Below the pieces are notes generated by a model that was not told where the DNA came from, made no database searches, and saw only the letters and a list, made by a program, of their open reading frames with translations. Shown here piece after piece: positions 56,115 through 64,000 of a stretch of 64,000 nt of DNA. A program made the translations under genes and the position numbers. The DNA is from a virus. Where the stretch lies: the IMG/VR virus record IMGVR_UViG_3300028654_000009; one strand, written 5' to 3'. Position 1 is the stretch's first letter; every line of letters begins with the position of its first letter.

Positions 56115-56886
56115 CGTCTCCCCCTTCTCTTTGTTGTTTGTATTCGTCGTGGTCCTTGGACTTGAAAGTGACGAAACCGTTGCTATTAAAACCAAATCCG
56201 GGCATGAGGATGGTCATGCTGCACCTACAATTTGGGTGCAGGACGGTACAGGGATGATCGTCGCCCCGCTTCCAGTAGCCTGAGCCCACCTCGGACAGTT
56301 TCCACACCCTGGGGGTAGTCTGGTCCGGCAAAAGGAACAAGCTCGTGCAGTCTTCGCACCGAGACTTGTCCCTGACCGTCACCCAAAACACTGTCGGGTC
56401 TTGCTGGCTGGTAGCCGCAGCGATTTTTGAGATTCCGTCAAGAGTGCCCATATTCCGAGCGCGGGTGGACTCTGTATCGACGATTCGGCGCACGTCCGAC
56501 GTGACTTTACCCATGACCTCGCCAAGCTCGTCACCCAGAACCTGGTGAAAATTGGCGCTTTCGCCTTTGGCCTCAGCATCATGAAGGGTGGCCTGGACCG
56601 TGTGTACGATTTTGGCCTTCGCCAGCTCACGGTGAGCGTCGAGGTATTGTTCGGCGACGGATTTCAGGCTGTCCCGAAGCTTCTCCGAGGGAGTAAACCC
56701 TTCGCTCCTGGTGGCGTTGTCAAACAGCCCTGGGAGGCTCAGGGTGTCGTTGTGAAGCTTGACACCCACACGGATAGTCTTGTCCTTGCCTGGACCCAGG
56801 AAACGCTGTTTAGCCCTCTGGAATAGGCCGTCGATCGCCGCGTGAATGGCGTTGATGGCCTTCTTCGTGAGGATGAACCGAGGCAC
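56107..56886 (-). CDS. MuF-like minor head protein
   Basis: RIVDTE..RA, RD...CEDC, HPNCRC. Confidence 0.85.
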   Translation of the reverse strand: MPRFILTKKAINAIHAAIDGLFQRAKQRFLGPGKDKTIRVGVKLHNDTLSLPGLFDNATRSEGFTPSEKLRDSLKSVAEQYLDAHRELAKAKIVHTVQATLHDAEAKGESANFHQVLGDELGEVMGKVTSDVRRIVDTESTRARNMGTLDGISKIAAATSQQDPTVFWVTVRDKSRCEDCTSLFLLPDQTTPRVWKLSEVGSGYWKRGDDHPCTVLHPNCRCSMTILMPGFGFNSNGFVTFKSKDHDEYKQQREGGDVE

Positions 56887-56887
56887 G

Positions 56888-57046
56888 TTACGGCTTCGGG
56901 GACTTCGAGACCTTGCTCTTGACCCAGCTCCACACCTTGGCCGGGAAGGCGAAGTTGTGCCAAATAGCTAGCGAAGAGAAGACCAGCAGGGCGCCGATGC
57001 AAGAGAAAAACCCGATGTAGATGAGAACGGTAAAAATTAGTTCCAT
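56888..57046 (-). CDS. small membrane protein
   Basis: One TM segment; AATCTC motif 5 nt upstream of ATG 57046. Confidence 0.55.
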   Translation of the reverse strand: MELIFTVLIYIGFFSCIGALLVFSSLAIWHNFAFPAKVWSWVKSKVSKSPKP

Positions 57047-57091
57047 CACCAGAGATTGGGGGTGCGCCACAATGCGGCGTAAAATAAGTTC

Positions 57092-57119
57092 TTGACATCT
57101 GAGATTATTTTGATACTGT
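57092..57119 (+). promoter_or_regulatory. sigma70-type early promoter
   Basis: TTGACA-16-TACTGT; ATG 6 nt later. Confidence 0.8.
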
Positions 57120-57125
57120 TAGGAC

Positions 57126-57407
57126 ATGTCAAACAACGAATTTGCCCGGACCTCTGATGCCATTCGGGAATACGTTCGCGTCGTTGGAGCGGAAAGCCCC
57201 GACAGCCCCTGGATCGTGTCCCCGTACGATACCTGGGAGCGGAACCCCCACTATCAGGGTCCTGCGGTTCCCCACCCCGATGATTTCGACGACGAAGAGG
57301 CTCCGGCCTTCTTCATCAACCCGGCCCCCACTCCGGTTCCCTCTACGGACTACCCGGTCCCGGCCGGGCTCATCTTCGACCCGTTCGACAACGGAATTGA
57401 TTTTTAG
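57126..57407 (+). CDS. hypothetical early protein
   Basis: WIVSPYDTWERNPHYQGP..PHP motif. Confidence 0.7.
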   Translation: MSNNEFARTSDAIREYVRVVGAESPDSPWIVSPYDTWERNPHYQGPAVPHPDDFDDEEAPAFFINPAPTPVPSTDYPVPAGLIFDPFDNGIDF

Positions 57408-57409
57408 TC

Positions 57410-57613
57410 ATGGCCGGCTACACCGACTGCGCCTGCGACACCTGCTTCGAAATCGCCATTGGGAAGCAAGGGGAAGCCTTGTGCTGCCTGTGCGAGGAGG
57501 CTGGGTGCGACCCCTCAAGCGGGCTCTGCTACGTGGAGGAGGATTCCCAGGAAGAAATTGAGGAGGGGCTTATGAACCCCTACGGAAAGCTAATCTGTCC
57601 CAAAGGGGGCTGA
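57410..57613 (+). CDS. small Cys-rich acidic protein
   Basis: CAC..C...CC.C...C. Confidence 0.6.
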   Translation: MAGYTDCACDTCFEIAIGKQGEALCCLCEEAGCDPSSGLCYVEEDSQEEIEEGLMNPYGKLICPKGG

Positions 57614-57792
57614 GGCGGAGCGTATAAAAGCGATTCCCCTTGCGCGTCCGAGAGCCATTCCAAAAGGAAGCGCTCTTTGCGACGCGCATCTCCGCGTGCG
57701 TTTTGTCCCAACATGCCTCGGGAGATGGCAGTCTCTATGGCGGCGTCGAGGCCCATTGACTTTACGACTTTGTCGAGGGCCTTGACCGTCAT
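57580..57792 (-). CDS. hypothetical protein
   Basis: ATG immediately after the portal stop. Confidence 0.5.
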   Translation of the reverse strand: MTVKALDKVVKSMGLDAAIETAISRGMLGQNARGDARRKERFLLEWLSDAQGESLLYAPPQPPLGQISFP

Positions 57793-57794
57793 TA

Positions 57795-59918
57795 TTATTT
57801 CTTCTTGAAGTGCGCGGCCACGTCGAGAATCTCTTTTACGGCCGCCTTCGAGTCTTCCTCCCACCCGTCCATAAAGTGCTCGACAGTCTTGTTGTGTTGT
57901 GCTAAGAGCCGCCGCTTGTCCGGCGGGAGCTGCATCTCGTGCTTGCTCAGGGCGTCAAAGGCGATATCGATCGAGCGAGCCAGGTCCGAGGCTCCTGAAC
58001 CAGTCGCCCCTTGCCCCGAGGCGTCTGGGCTGGCCGCCGACTGCTGTTTCTGGGTGGGCTCTGGAGTGTTCTGGCCGCCGGCTGAAGGTCCCTGTGACGG
58101 GTCTCCCCCGCCTCCTGGCTGCCCTCCTGGGGCCCCTCCACCGCCGCCCCCATCCTGTGGGGGCCCGCCACCCTGGGCCTGCTGCTGCTGGGCCATCTGG
58201 GCCTGTTGCTGCGCTTGCTGTTGCTGGACCCACTGGAACCAGAATGGGTCTCTCACGTAGGCCAGATTGGGGTCCTTGCTGGCCCCCTCACGGCCGCAGA
58301 AGTGCTCCAGAATTTGGCCGACGGTGAAATACTGGTCGAGGTAGGTCTTGAACACCGGATTAAGCGGGATTGTGCCGCCCCATGCCTTGCCAACCGGCGG
58401 CTTCTCGACTCGCTCCGAGATGTCGTCATAGTTCATCCAGATCGACATGTCCTGCTGGGTCCGGACGGCTTCTTTCTCGGCGTTGTCGGATTCGAGACCG
58501 ACGAGCCTTACCGAGGCCTTCTTGGACAACTTAGGGTCGATGAGGGGGAACAGGTGCTGGTTGATGAAGTCTTCGAAATTCTTCAGCAGCGGCCGGATAC
58601 CGACATCCCGGGCCGCCGTCATTTTGTACTCGTTGTTGCTCTCCGACAGGGCCTGATTGTTGGTGCCCTTAGACAGATATGACCATCCAGGTAGTTCGTC
58701 TGGAGACATCATGAATGCAGTTAGGATTTCCCGAGCATTCAAATCGCACAGGTACTGAAACTCCATATCCTTCCCCCCGCCCGTATCGATAGGCTTCCAA
58801 TCAATACTTTCATCGACGCCACAACCAAACACTGGCATGCGCCACGAGTTATTGACGCTGTTGATGCTAGCGTTGAACTGTTGCTTGATATTGTGGATGA
58901 CCTGTGGGTTAGCATCCTCGGACGAAATCACCAGCATGCCGCGAGCGGCGCGGCCTGATTGAAAGTAGAGCTTGTTGTGTTGGGTCAGATTAATGTGCGT
59001 GGTCACCGCACTGATGATCGTGTCGATAGGCGTGACGGGATACCCGTCTAGCTCGACGTCTGGAACTGGGTAGCAGTTGTAGACCGACATCTCCTCGGCC
59101 GTGAACGCCTGCTTAGGAGTTCCTTCTACCACCTGTACATAGCAATAGTCGCCGGCCTCGTACTTCTCTTTCTCCAGCTTTTTGCCGGTGATTCTGCAAA
59201 GAAGGTGGTACGCGTCTTGGCGAACGGACTCTAGGCTATCCTGGTTGGAAGGAGCTGCGTCATAAATCGTTCCCGCATCGACGGCGACGAAGTGGTGGAA
59301 CTTTTTCTTGCCCGGAGAGTCCGGGTCATCGATCCAGACTTTTTCACAGGCGATTCGTCCGACGACCAAAGCGTTTCGGGCCTGGAGGGCCAGGAACTCG
59401 GAGAAAGTAGTAACCATATCTAGGCCCGTCGTTTCGCCACACAGGTTGAGTTTCTTGACGGCCCGGTCGATCTGGACATTGAATTCCTTTTTCTCCTCGG
59501 GCGACATCTTGTCCAGCTCGCCTGTATTCGCCTTGATGACGAACCCCGTAGAGAAACGGTCTTCACGGGGGCGCCCGAACGAACTGAGGTGGTTCTGGCG
59601 AGCCCTTACAATGTTTGAAACCAACGAGTCCTGGATTGCAATGCGCTTGAGCATTGCGTCCGGGATGAGTCGCATCTTGGCGCGGTAAACGCCACTGTAA
59701 GTATTATTGAGAGTCGGGTCGGTTTCGAACGATAGCCTTTCTACGCTATCATTACCCTGCCCGTTAAGGACGTTGAGGATCGATTTGGTGAGACTTGGCT
59801 TGTCCTCCCCTGTGCGAACGTACACCATTGACTTGGCCAGGTTCGCAGAAAGTTGCTCCTCGTTGAGCCCCAGTCCGTAAGTCAGGTTGGAGGTGGATTT
59901 TGGGGTTCGCCTTTTCAT
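57795..59918 (-). CDS. portal protein
   Basis: YN.YP.....GYPVTPID, YFQSG...GML, KDMEFQYL, F.M.PDE; Q/G/P-rich tail. Confidence 0.9.
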   Translation of the reverse strand: MKRRTPKSTSNLTYGLGLNEEQLSANLAKSMVYVRTGEDKPSLTKSILNVLNGQGNDSVERLSFETDPTLNNTYSGVYRAKMRLIPDAMLKRIAIQDSLVSNIVRARQNHLSSFGRPREDRFSTGFVIKANTGELDKMSPEEKKEFNVQIDRAVKKLNLCGETTGLDMVTTFSEFLALQARNALVVGRIACEKVWIDDPDSPGKKKFHHFVAVDAGTIYDAAPSNQDSLESVRQDAYHLLCRITGKKLEKEKYEAGDYCYVQVVEGTPKQAFTAEEMSVYNCYPVPDVELDGYPVTPIDTIISAVTTHINLTQHNKLYFQSGRAARGMLVISSEDANPQVIHNIKQQFNASINSVNNSWRMPVFGCGVDESIDWKPIDTGGGKDMEFQYLCDLNAREILTAFMMSPDELPGWSYLSKGTNNQALSESNNEYKMTAARDVGIRPLLKNFEDFINQHLFPLIDPKLSKKASVRLVGLESDNAEKEAVRTQQDMSIWMNYDDISERVEKPPVGKAWGGTIPLNPVFKTYLDQYFTVGQILEHFCGREGASKDPNLAYVRDPFWFQWVQQQQAQQQAQMAQQQQAQGGGPPQDGGGGGGAPGGQPGGGGDPSQGPSAGGQNTPEPTQKQQSAASPDASGQGATGSGASDLARSIDIAFDALSKHEMQLPPDKRRLLAQHNKTVEHFMDGWEEDSKAAVKEILDVAAHFKKK

Positions 59919-59919
59919 T

Positions 59920-60897
59920 TTAGCCCGCCGTCAGAATGACCACGTTAGCTTTTTCGGTAGACCGATTTTTGATAGAGAGCGAGTAGCAGGTCCCCCACTT
60001 TACATAAATTCCCGTCAGGTCATCGTTTGCCGGGGCGATCGGGTCAAGGCGTTCGGTTTCAGCGGTGTTCCCGTTGGACTTGATTGCCACAGACTGGTCC
60101 GTTTCGATGCAGACAAAACGCTTGCTCCCCGAGTAGGCGATCAGCCCGGCCACGCCTGGAACAGCGGTCTCGATAGCAACCGGAACCGTAGAGATGAACT
60201 CCACGAAGGTTGATGTCACAGCAGCGGCGATGTAGCTTCCGGTCGTGCTGGGAGAGAAGCCTGCCGATATATCAAAAGTATCGCCAACCTGTAGGCCGGC
60301 AGAAGAGTAAGCCAGGAATTGAGAATTTAGGGTCACGGGAACGGTCTCCGAAACTCCGGTGAAAATGCTGCCCGTCGCGCGCGAAAGGGTTAGCGTAGTG
60401 GCAGTCGCGGCCAGCACGTTCCATTCCCCTTCGTTCATGGGGTCAAACAGGTGGGGGTCTCCGGTATTGATACCGGGGATGAAGACGTTGTCTCCGACCA
60501 CCACCGCCCCAAACACGGCACCTGCCGAATGGGTAACGGTTACGGTCTGATTAGTGTTCAGGGTGATCGTGACATTCCCACCTGCCAAGGTAAGGTTTCG
60601 GTCGGTACGAAAGTTAGGGGCAGCTCCGGTGCCGGTAAACGCCAATCGATACCGACCATCGCCCAAAGGCGATGCAATGATAGAGAACTGGGACGAGCTA
60701 TTGATAGTCAGAGCCACCAGTGTCGAGAAAATCACCTTCTCTTGAAGAGGCTGCAAAACGGTTGTAGTTGAGTGAGGAAGGTCTACATCAAGACCTTGCA
60801 AGGGTCTCTTCCAGTCAATCAAACGCCTCATCGGGTTGTTGTTTGGCTGAGAGTCTGTGTATGCCAAAGCTTGTAGAGACAGATTGAGAGTGGGCAT
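59920..60897 (-). CDS. virion structural protein
   Basis: T/V/G-rich beta protein between terminase and portal; late motif upstream. Confidence 0.55.
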   Translation of the reverse strand: MPTLNLSLQALAYTDSQPNNNPMRRLIDWKRPLQGLDVDLPHSTTTVLQPLQEKVIFSTLVALTINSSSQFSIIASPLGDGRYRLAFTGTGAAPNFRTDRNLTLAGGNVTITLNTNQTVTVTHSAGAVFGAVVVGDNVFIPGINTGDPHLFDPMNEGEWNVLAATATTLTLSRATGSIFTGVSETVPVTLNSQFLAYSSAGLQVGDTFDISAGFSPSTTGSYIAAAVTSTFVEFISTVPVAIETAVPGVAGLIAYSGSKRFVCIETDQSVAIKSNGNTAETERLDPIAPANDDLTGIYVKWGTCYSLSIKNRSTEKANVVILTAG

Positions 60898-60921
60898 GGT
60901 CTTCCCGTAAGATTACCTTGC

Positions 60922-62979
60922 TTAGCCCAGGTCCCAGCTCAGCTTCCCGGTCTTCCCAGTCTTGCTGTTGGCCCCCTGTCCGGAGGACTTTTTCTTCTTT
61001 CCTGGCTTCTGGGACGAACTTTCTTCCTCGCCGTAATAGCTAAACACGGAACTGCCGTCCGGATTCTCAATACGCATTGGAGGCCTCCCGACCGTGGACA
61101 CTTCCTCCTCCATGCCTCCTGTCTTGGAGGCGACGTAATTCCGCATCCAGTCCGCGTGCGGTTTAGGAGTTGTTTCAGCTTGGGCTTTCTCGTTCGAGAC
61201 CGCCAGACCGCCGTCCATGCTAAACACGTTCATCACGATATACCGGACACAGTCCGCGCCGTCATCGTTATCCTCGGAAGGGATGTTGGTGGGTTTCCCG
61301 GCTGCGTCGTTTTTCCAGTGGTATTCGACGATGCTTCTGATGAAAGCTTCCATGTGTTGGTCGTCATCAATATCCAAAACGAAGAACAACTCGGGCTCGT
61401 CTGTGCCTGGGTTGAGTTTTTTCCTGACGATATTGATACCGCTTACCACAGAACCTGGCTTCTTGGACCAATTCTGTATCTTCCAGCCATTCTTGCGGAA
61501 CATCTTGTTCATCTTCGGGTCAGCCGTGTCTGGGTAGATTTTTGCCTCCCAGTCTTTGTACGGCTCAGAGACCTCAAGCATCTGGTCGGGGTCAAGCCCC
61601 GGCATCATGATTGCGTTCGTGATGAACTGACGAGCGCCGTCCTTGAAACCCAGGCCGAAGGCGAAATTGTGGGTAGACCCCCAGTCGATTCCGCCATTCC
61701 ACTCCACATCTCTCTGAGCCATGGCGGCCATAAACATGGCCTTGGTGTAAAGCCTCGGCTCGATCCCTTCTGGCAGCTCTCCGAAAACCTTCTCGTAGGC
61801 CTCGGCGGGGGTAAGAACATGTTTTTTGCGGTCGAACCGATGATATATCAAACCGGTCGAGGCTGGCTTAAGACAGAGGAGCTGGGCGATACCCATCTCT
61901 ATGCTGTTGACTTTGATAAGCTGGTCTTGGACGTGTTTGATAGGCTTGAGGAACTTTGATGTGTTCGTTTGTCTGGTAGCCAGATTCCCCTTGCATGCAG
62001 AGAACAGCTTGCAATTGGTCATACAGCCGGAATAGGCCATGTCCTCGGTGTATGACTCCTTCTGTTTGAAGGTGAACGAATTGTAGGTATCCTCGTCCAC
62101 CGTACTACGCTCCTGTGTAGAGCGAAACACCTTCAATTTTGGCAAATCCGGGCGGTGGCGCTTGGGAGGACACGCCTCGGTCACGTCAAGGATGTTGAAG
62201 TGCTTTATCTTGAGCCCGGTCTTGTCGGCGTTGTTGATTTCGTCCTGAACGATGCCGAATGCCGTTTTCCTGGTGGAGGTCAGAATGGTTAGCGGGGGGA
62301 CCTTGACACCATCCCTTCTGGTCAACGGCGTAGGAATATTCTTCGCTTCTTCGTAAGCCTTGATGTTGACGATGATGTCAATCTCATCAAGACACAGAAG
62401 GGGTGAGTGCTTCCCGTTTGTCGAGGTGATGGTTGCGACTACGATTTCTGCCTGGTTCTCTACCCTGAAGTAGCCAGAGTGCTCACGCTCAGGGAGCGAA
62501 AGGAATTCCTTTTCGGTCAACACCAGGCCCCCTGGGTTTACGGGCCGGTACAGGATTACACCCGTTTTCCTTTTGGAGTCTCCAGCAACAAACCCTCGGA
62601 GATGTTGCCTCGACAAAAACTTCTTCAAGTATTTTTGGGCGTTGGTGCTCTGCTCCTCGATGGCCGCGAGGTGGACCACAGAGATATCAAGATGGAACAA
62701 GGCCAGGACCTCTACCACGGACTGGGTGAGCGTTTTCCCGGCATCACGGGCAGAATAATACAACACACGCGGGGCCTCATCGCCGGTTGCGGTGTTGGGG
62801 TCATAGTGAGCGAAATGGGAATATGTCGCCCAAGCCATATCAAGCGGTGTCGTGTTGGAATCCGGGTCTACAATAGCGTCCGGAAGCTCAAGGTCCAGGT
62901 GGACGTAAATCCAGTCCTTGAGTTCCTCCCGCGTATTGCAAATCGTGAATATCGACTCGCGCATCTCGGGGTCGAGCAT
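60922..62979 (-). CDS. terminase large subunit
   Basis: ARDAGKT Walker A, LCLDEID Walker B, GIDWG nuclease, DDGADCVRY. Confidence 0.92.
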   Translation of the reverse strand: MLDPEMRESIFTICNTREELKDWIYVHLDLELPDAIVDPDSNTTPLDMAWATYSHFAHYDPNTATGDEAPRVLYYSARDAGKTLTQSVVEVLALFHLDISVVHLAAIEEQSTNAQKYLKKFLSRQHLRGFVAGDSKRKTGVILYRPVNPGGLVLTEKEFLSLPEREHSGYFRVENQAEIVVATITSTNGKHSPLLCLDEIDIIVNIKAYEEAKNIPTPLTRRDGVKVPPLTILTSTRKTAFGIVQDEINNADKTGLKIKHFNILDVTEACPPKRHRPDLPKLKVFRSTQERSTVDEDTYNSFTFKQKESYTEDMAYSGCMTNCKLFSACKGNLATRQTNTSKFLKPIKHVQDQLIKVNSIEMGIAQLLCLKPASTGLIYHRFDRKKHVLTPAEAYEKVFGELPEGIEPRLYTKAMFMAAMAQRDVEWNGGIDWGSTHNFAFGLGFKDGARQFITNAIMMPGLDPDQMLEVSEPYKDWEAKIYPDTADPKMNKMFRKNGWKIQNWSKKPGSVVSGINIVRKKLNPGTDEPELFFVLDIDDDQHMEAFIRSIVEYHWKNDAAGKPTNIPSEDNDDGADCVRYIVMNVFSMDGGLAVSNEKAQAETTPKPHADWMRNYVASKTGGMEEEVSTVGRPPMRIENPDGSSVFSYYGEEESSSQKPGKKKKSSGQGANSKTGKTGKLSWDLG

Positions 62980-62982
62980 GTC

Positions 62983-63711
62983 TTACTTCTCCGAAGCCTT
63001 CTTTTGAGCAGCCAGCTCCGCGATTCTCTTGGTGGCTGCCGAAGGCGTTCTTACGAAAGTCTCAAGCGGAGGCAGCTCATCGTCCGAGCGCTCGCTGGAT
63101 GGCGGGGACTTTTTGTTGTCCTGTCCAGTCAAAGTAGAAATGAGAGCGGCCAGTTCTCTAAGCTGCGTGATGGTCGCTCGATCGGTTGCGCCTTTGAGGC
63201 CTTCCTGGGCTGGCGCCAAGAAAGTCACGTCGCCTGTCTGGAGGTATTTTGCTAGGTTGTCTCGATGCTGCTTATTGATAGCCGCCATCATGTCCGCAGC
63301 CAGCTGAACCCCCTCCGTGATCGCCATGACCGCCCTGGTCTTCGCGCGTTCCACCGCAGTCGACTGCCACTCTTCTCTGCGGGCGTTCCAATCTCCCTGA
63401 ACCGCTGCATAAACGAGCTGTCCCAGGCTGATGGTAGGGTTGAGGGCTCGGATTTCGGCGAAGGTCTTGCCGTGCAAGAAGAGGTTGAAAATTTTCTCTG
63501 CTACCGAATCCGACAAAGGGAAGCTCGAACTCTCGCCCCTGCTCTTCTTCTCCAAAAAGTAGTCTAAAGCGTACCTCTCAGCTGGCCTTAACCAGTCAAG
63601 GTGGCTATCGGCGCTTTTTTCTAGCTGCAGGCTTTCGTTTTTTGGTTGGTTTGACATTGAGTTCGGGAGCCGGTCCCGATTCGAAGATTGGGGCGCCGTT
63701 GTATTTGACAC
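62983..63711 (-). CDS. probable terminase small subunit
   Basis: HTH-like N-terminus (LFLHGKTFAEI...W...R), directly upstream of TerL; start may be ATG 63657. Confidence 0.6.
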   Translation of the reverse strand: MSNTTAPQSSNRDRLPNSMSNQPKNESLQLEKSADSHLDWLRPAERYALDYFLEKKSRGESSSFPLSDSVAEKIFNLFLHGKTFAEIRALNPTISLGQLVYAAVQGDWNARREEWQSTAVERAKTRAVMAITEGVQLAADMMAAINKQHRDNLAKYLQTGDVTFLAPAQEGLKGATDRATITQLRELAALISTLTGQDNKKSPPSSERSDDELPPLETFVRTPSAATKRIAELAAQKKASEK

Positions 63712-64000
63712 ATAGCTTCCAGCTGTCCCCTAACAGCGTGCGCACCCACTTCCACAAATTCTGAAAAGAAGTCTTCGAAGGGGGCTTGGCTGGAGGGCCC
63801 GTCCAGTCGTATTGGACGAGCTTTTCGCTCACGTCCAGGACGGCTTCGGCCTTGTCGATCTTGGGCATCACACAGAATGGCCAGGAACGAAGTTGAAGCG
63901 CCTGGGCCTCGTGAAGAGCGCCCGTCCTCTCGAATAGGTCACGCAAAAGGATGAGCTGCTCCTTGGGCGTTAGCTGAGCCTTCCCAGGAATCTTATCCAT
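63605..64000 (-). CDS. hypothetical protein
   Basis: 131 aa ORF at the window edge with a basic tail. Confidence 0.5.
   Translation of the reverse strand: MDKIPGKAQLTPKEQLILLRDLFERTGALHEAQALQLRSWPFCVMPKIDKAEAVLDVSEKLVQYDWTGPPAKPPSKTSFQNLWKWVRTLLGDSWKLCVKYNGAPIFESGPAPELNVKPTKKRKPAARKKRR

Noticed and set aside
60922-62979. Intein or intron in the terminase
   Set aside because: Continuous ORF with no C...HN splice motifs; the Cys-rich insert is short

Overview
A 64 kb segment of a large, moderately GC-rich contractile-tailed phage. Its capsid, portal, protease and sheath proteins resemble SPO1/Twort (Herelleviridae-type) proteins; no family or host can be assigned from sequence alone. The morphogenesis module runs on the minus strand from about 64 kb to 6.6 kb: terminases, portal, MuF, prohead protease, scaffold, major capsid, neck, fibre, sheath and tube. 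It is interrupted by plus-strand early-gene cassettes, a repair cluster (metallophosphatase, P-loop kinase, dNMP kinase, DNA ligase, Thg1-like polymerase) and three homing endonucleases. The left end holds an RNA cluster (tmRNA, tRNA-Tyr, three aberrant tRNA-like genes, several unexplained structured elements) and an RNA ligase. The most striking pattern is a set of large multidomain proteins inside the head operons whose enzyme domains are separated by the same hydrophobic-x-K|[A/S/D/E/G] motif found at the capsid N-terminus and throughout the scaffold. They include mCpol + ParB + 5xGNAT; Nudix + two ART-like + two kinase domains; prohead protease + HhH-GPD-like + GGDEF; a SAM-lyase-like protein; and HExxH proteins. 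I infer a virion-packaged, protease-processed effector arsenal that includes two cyclic-nucleotide synthases. Two promoter classes are visible (sigma70-like, and a late (T)AATCT(T/A/C) motif), both apparently producing many leaderless mRNAs. All domain calls come from motifs recognised by eye; no database search was run.
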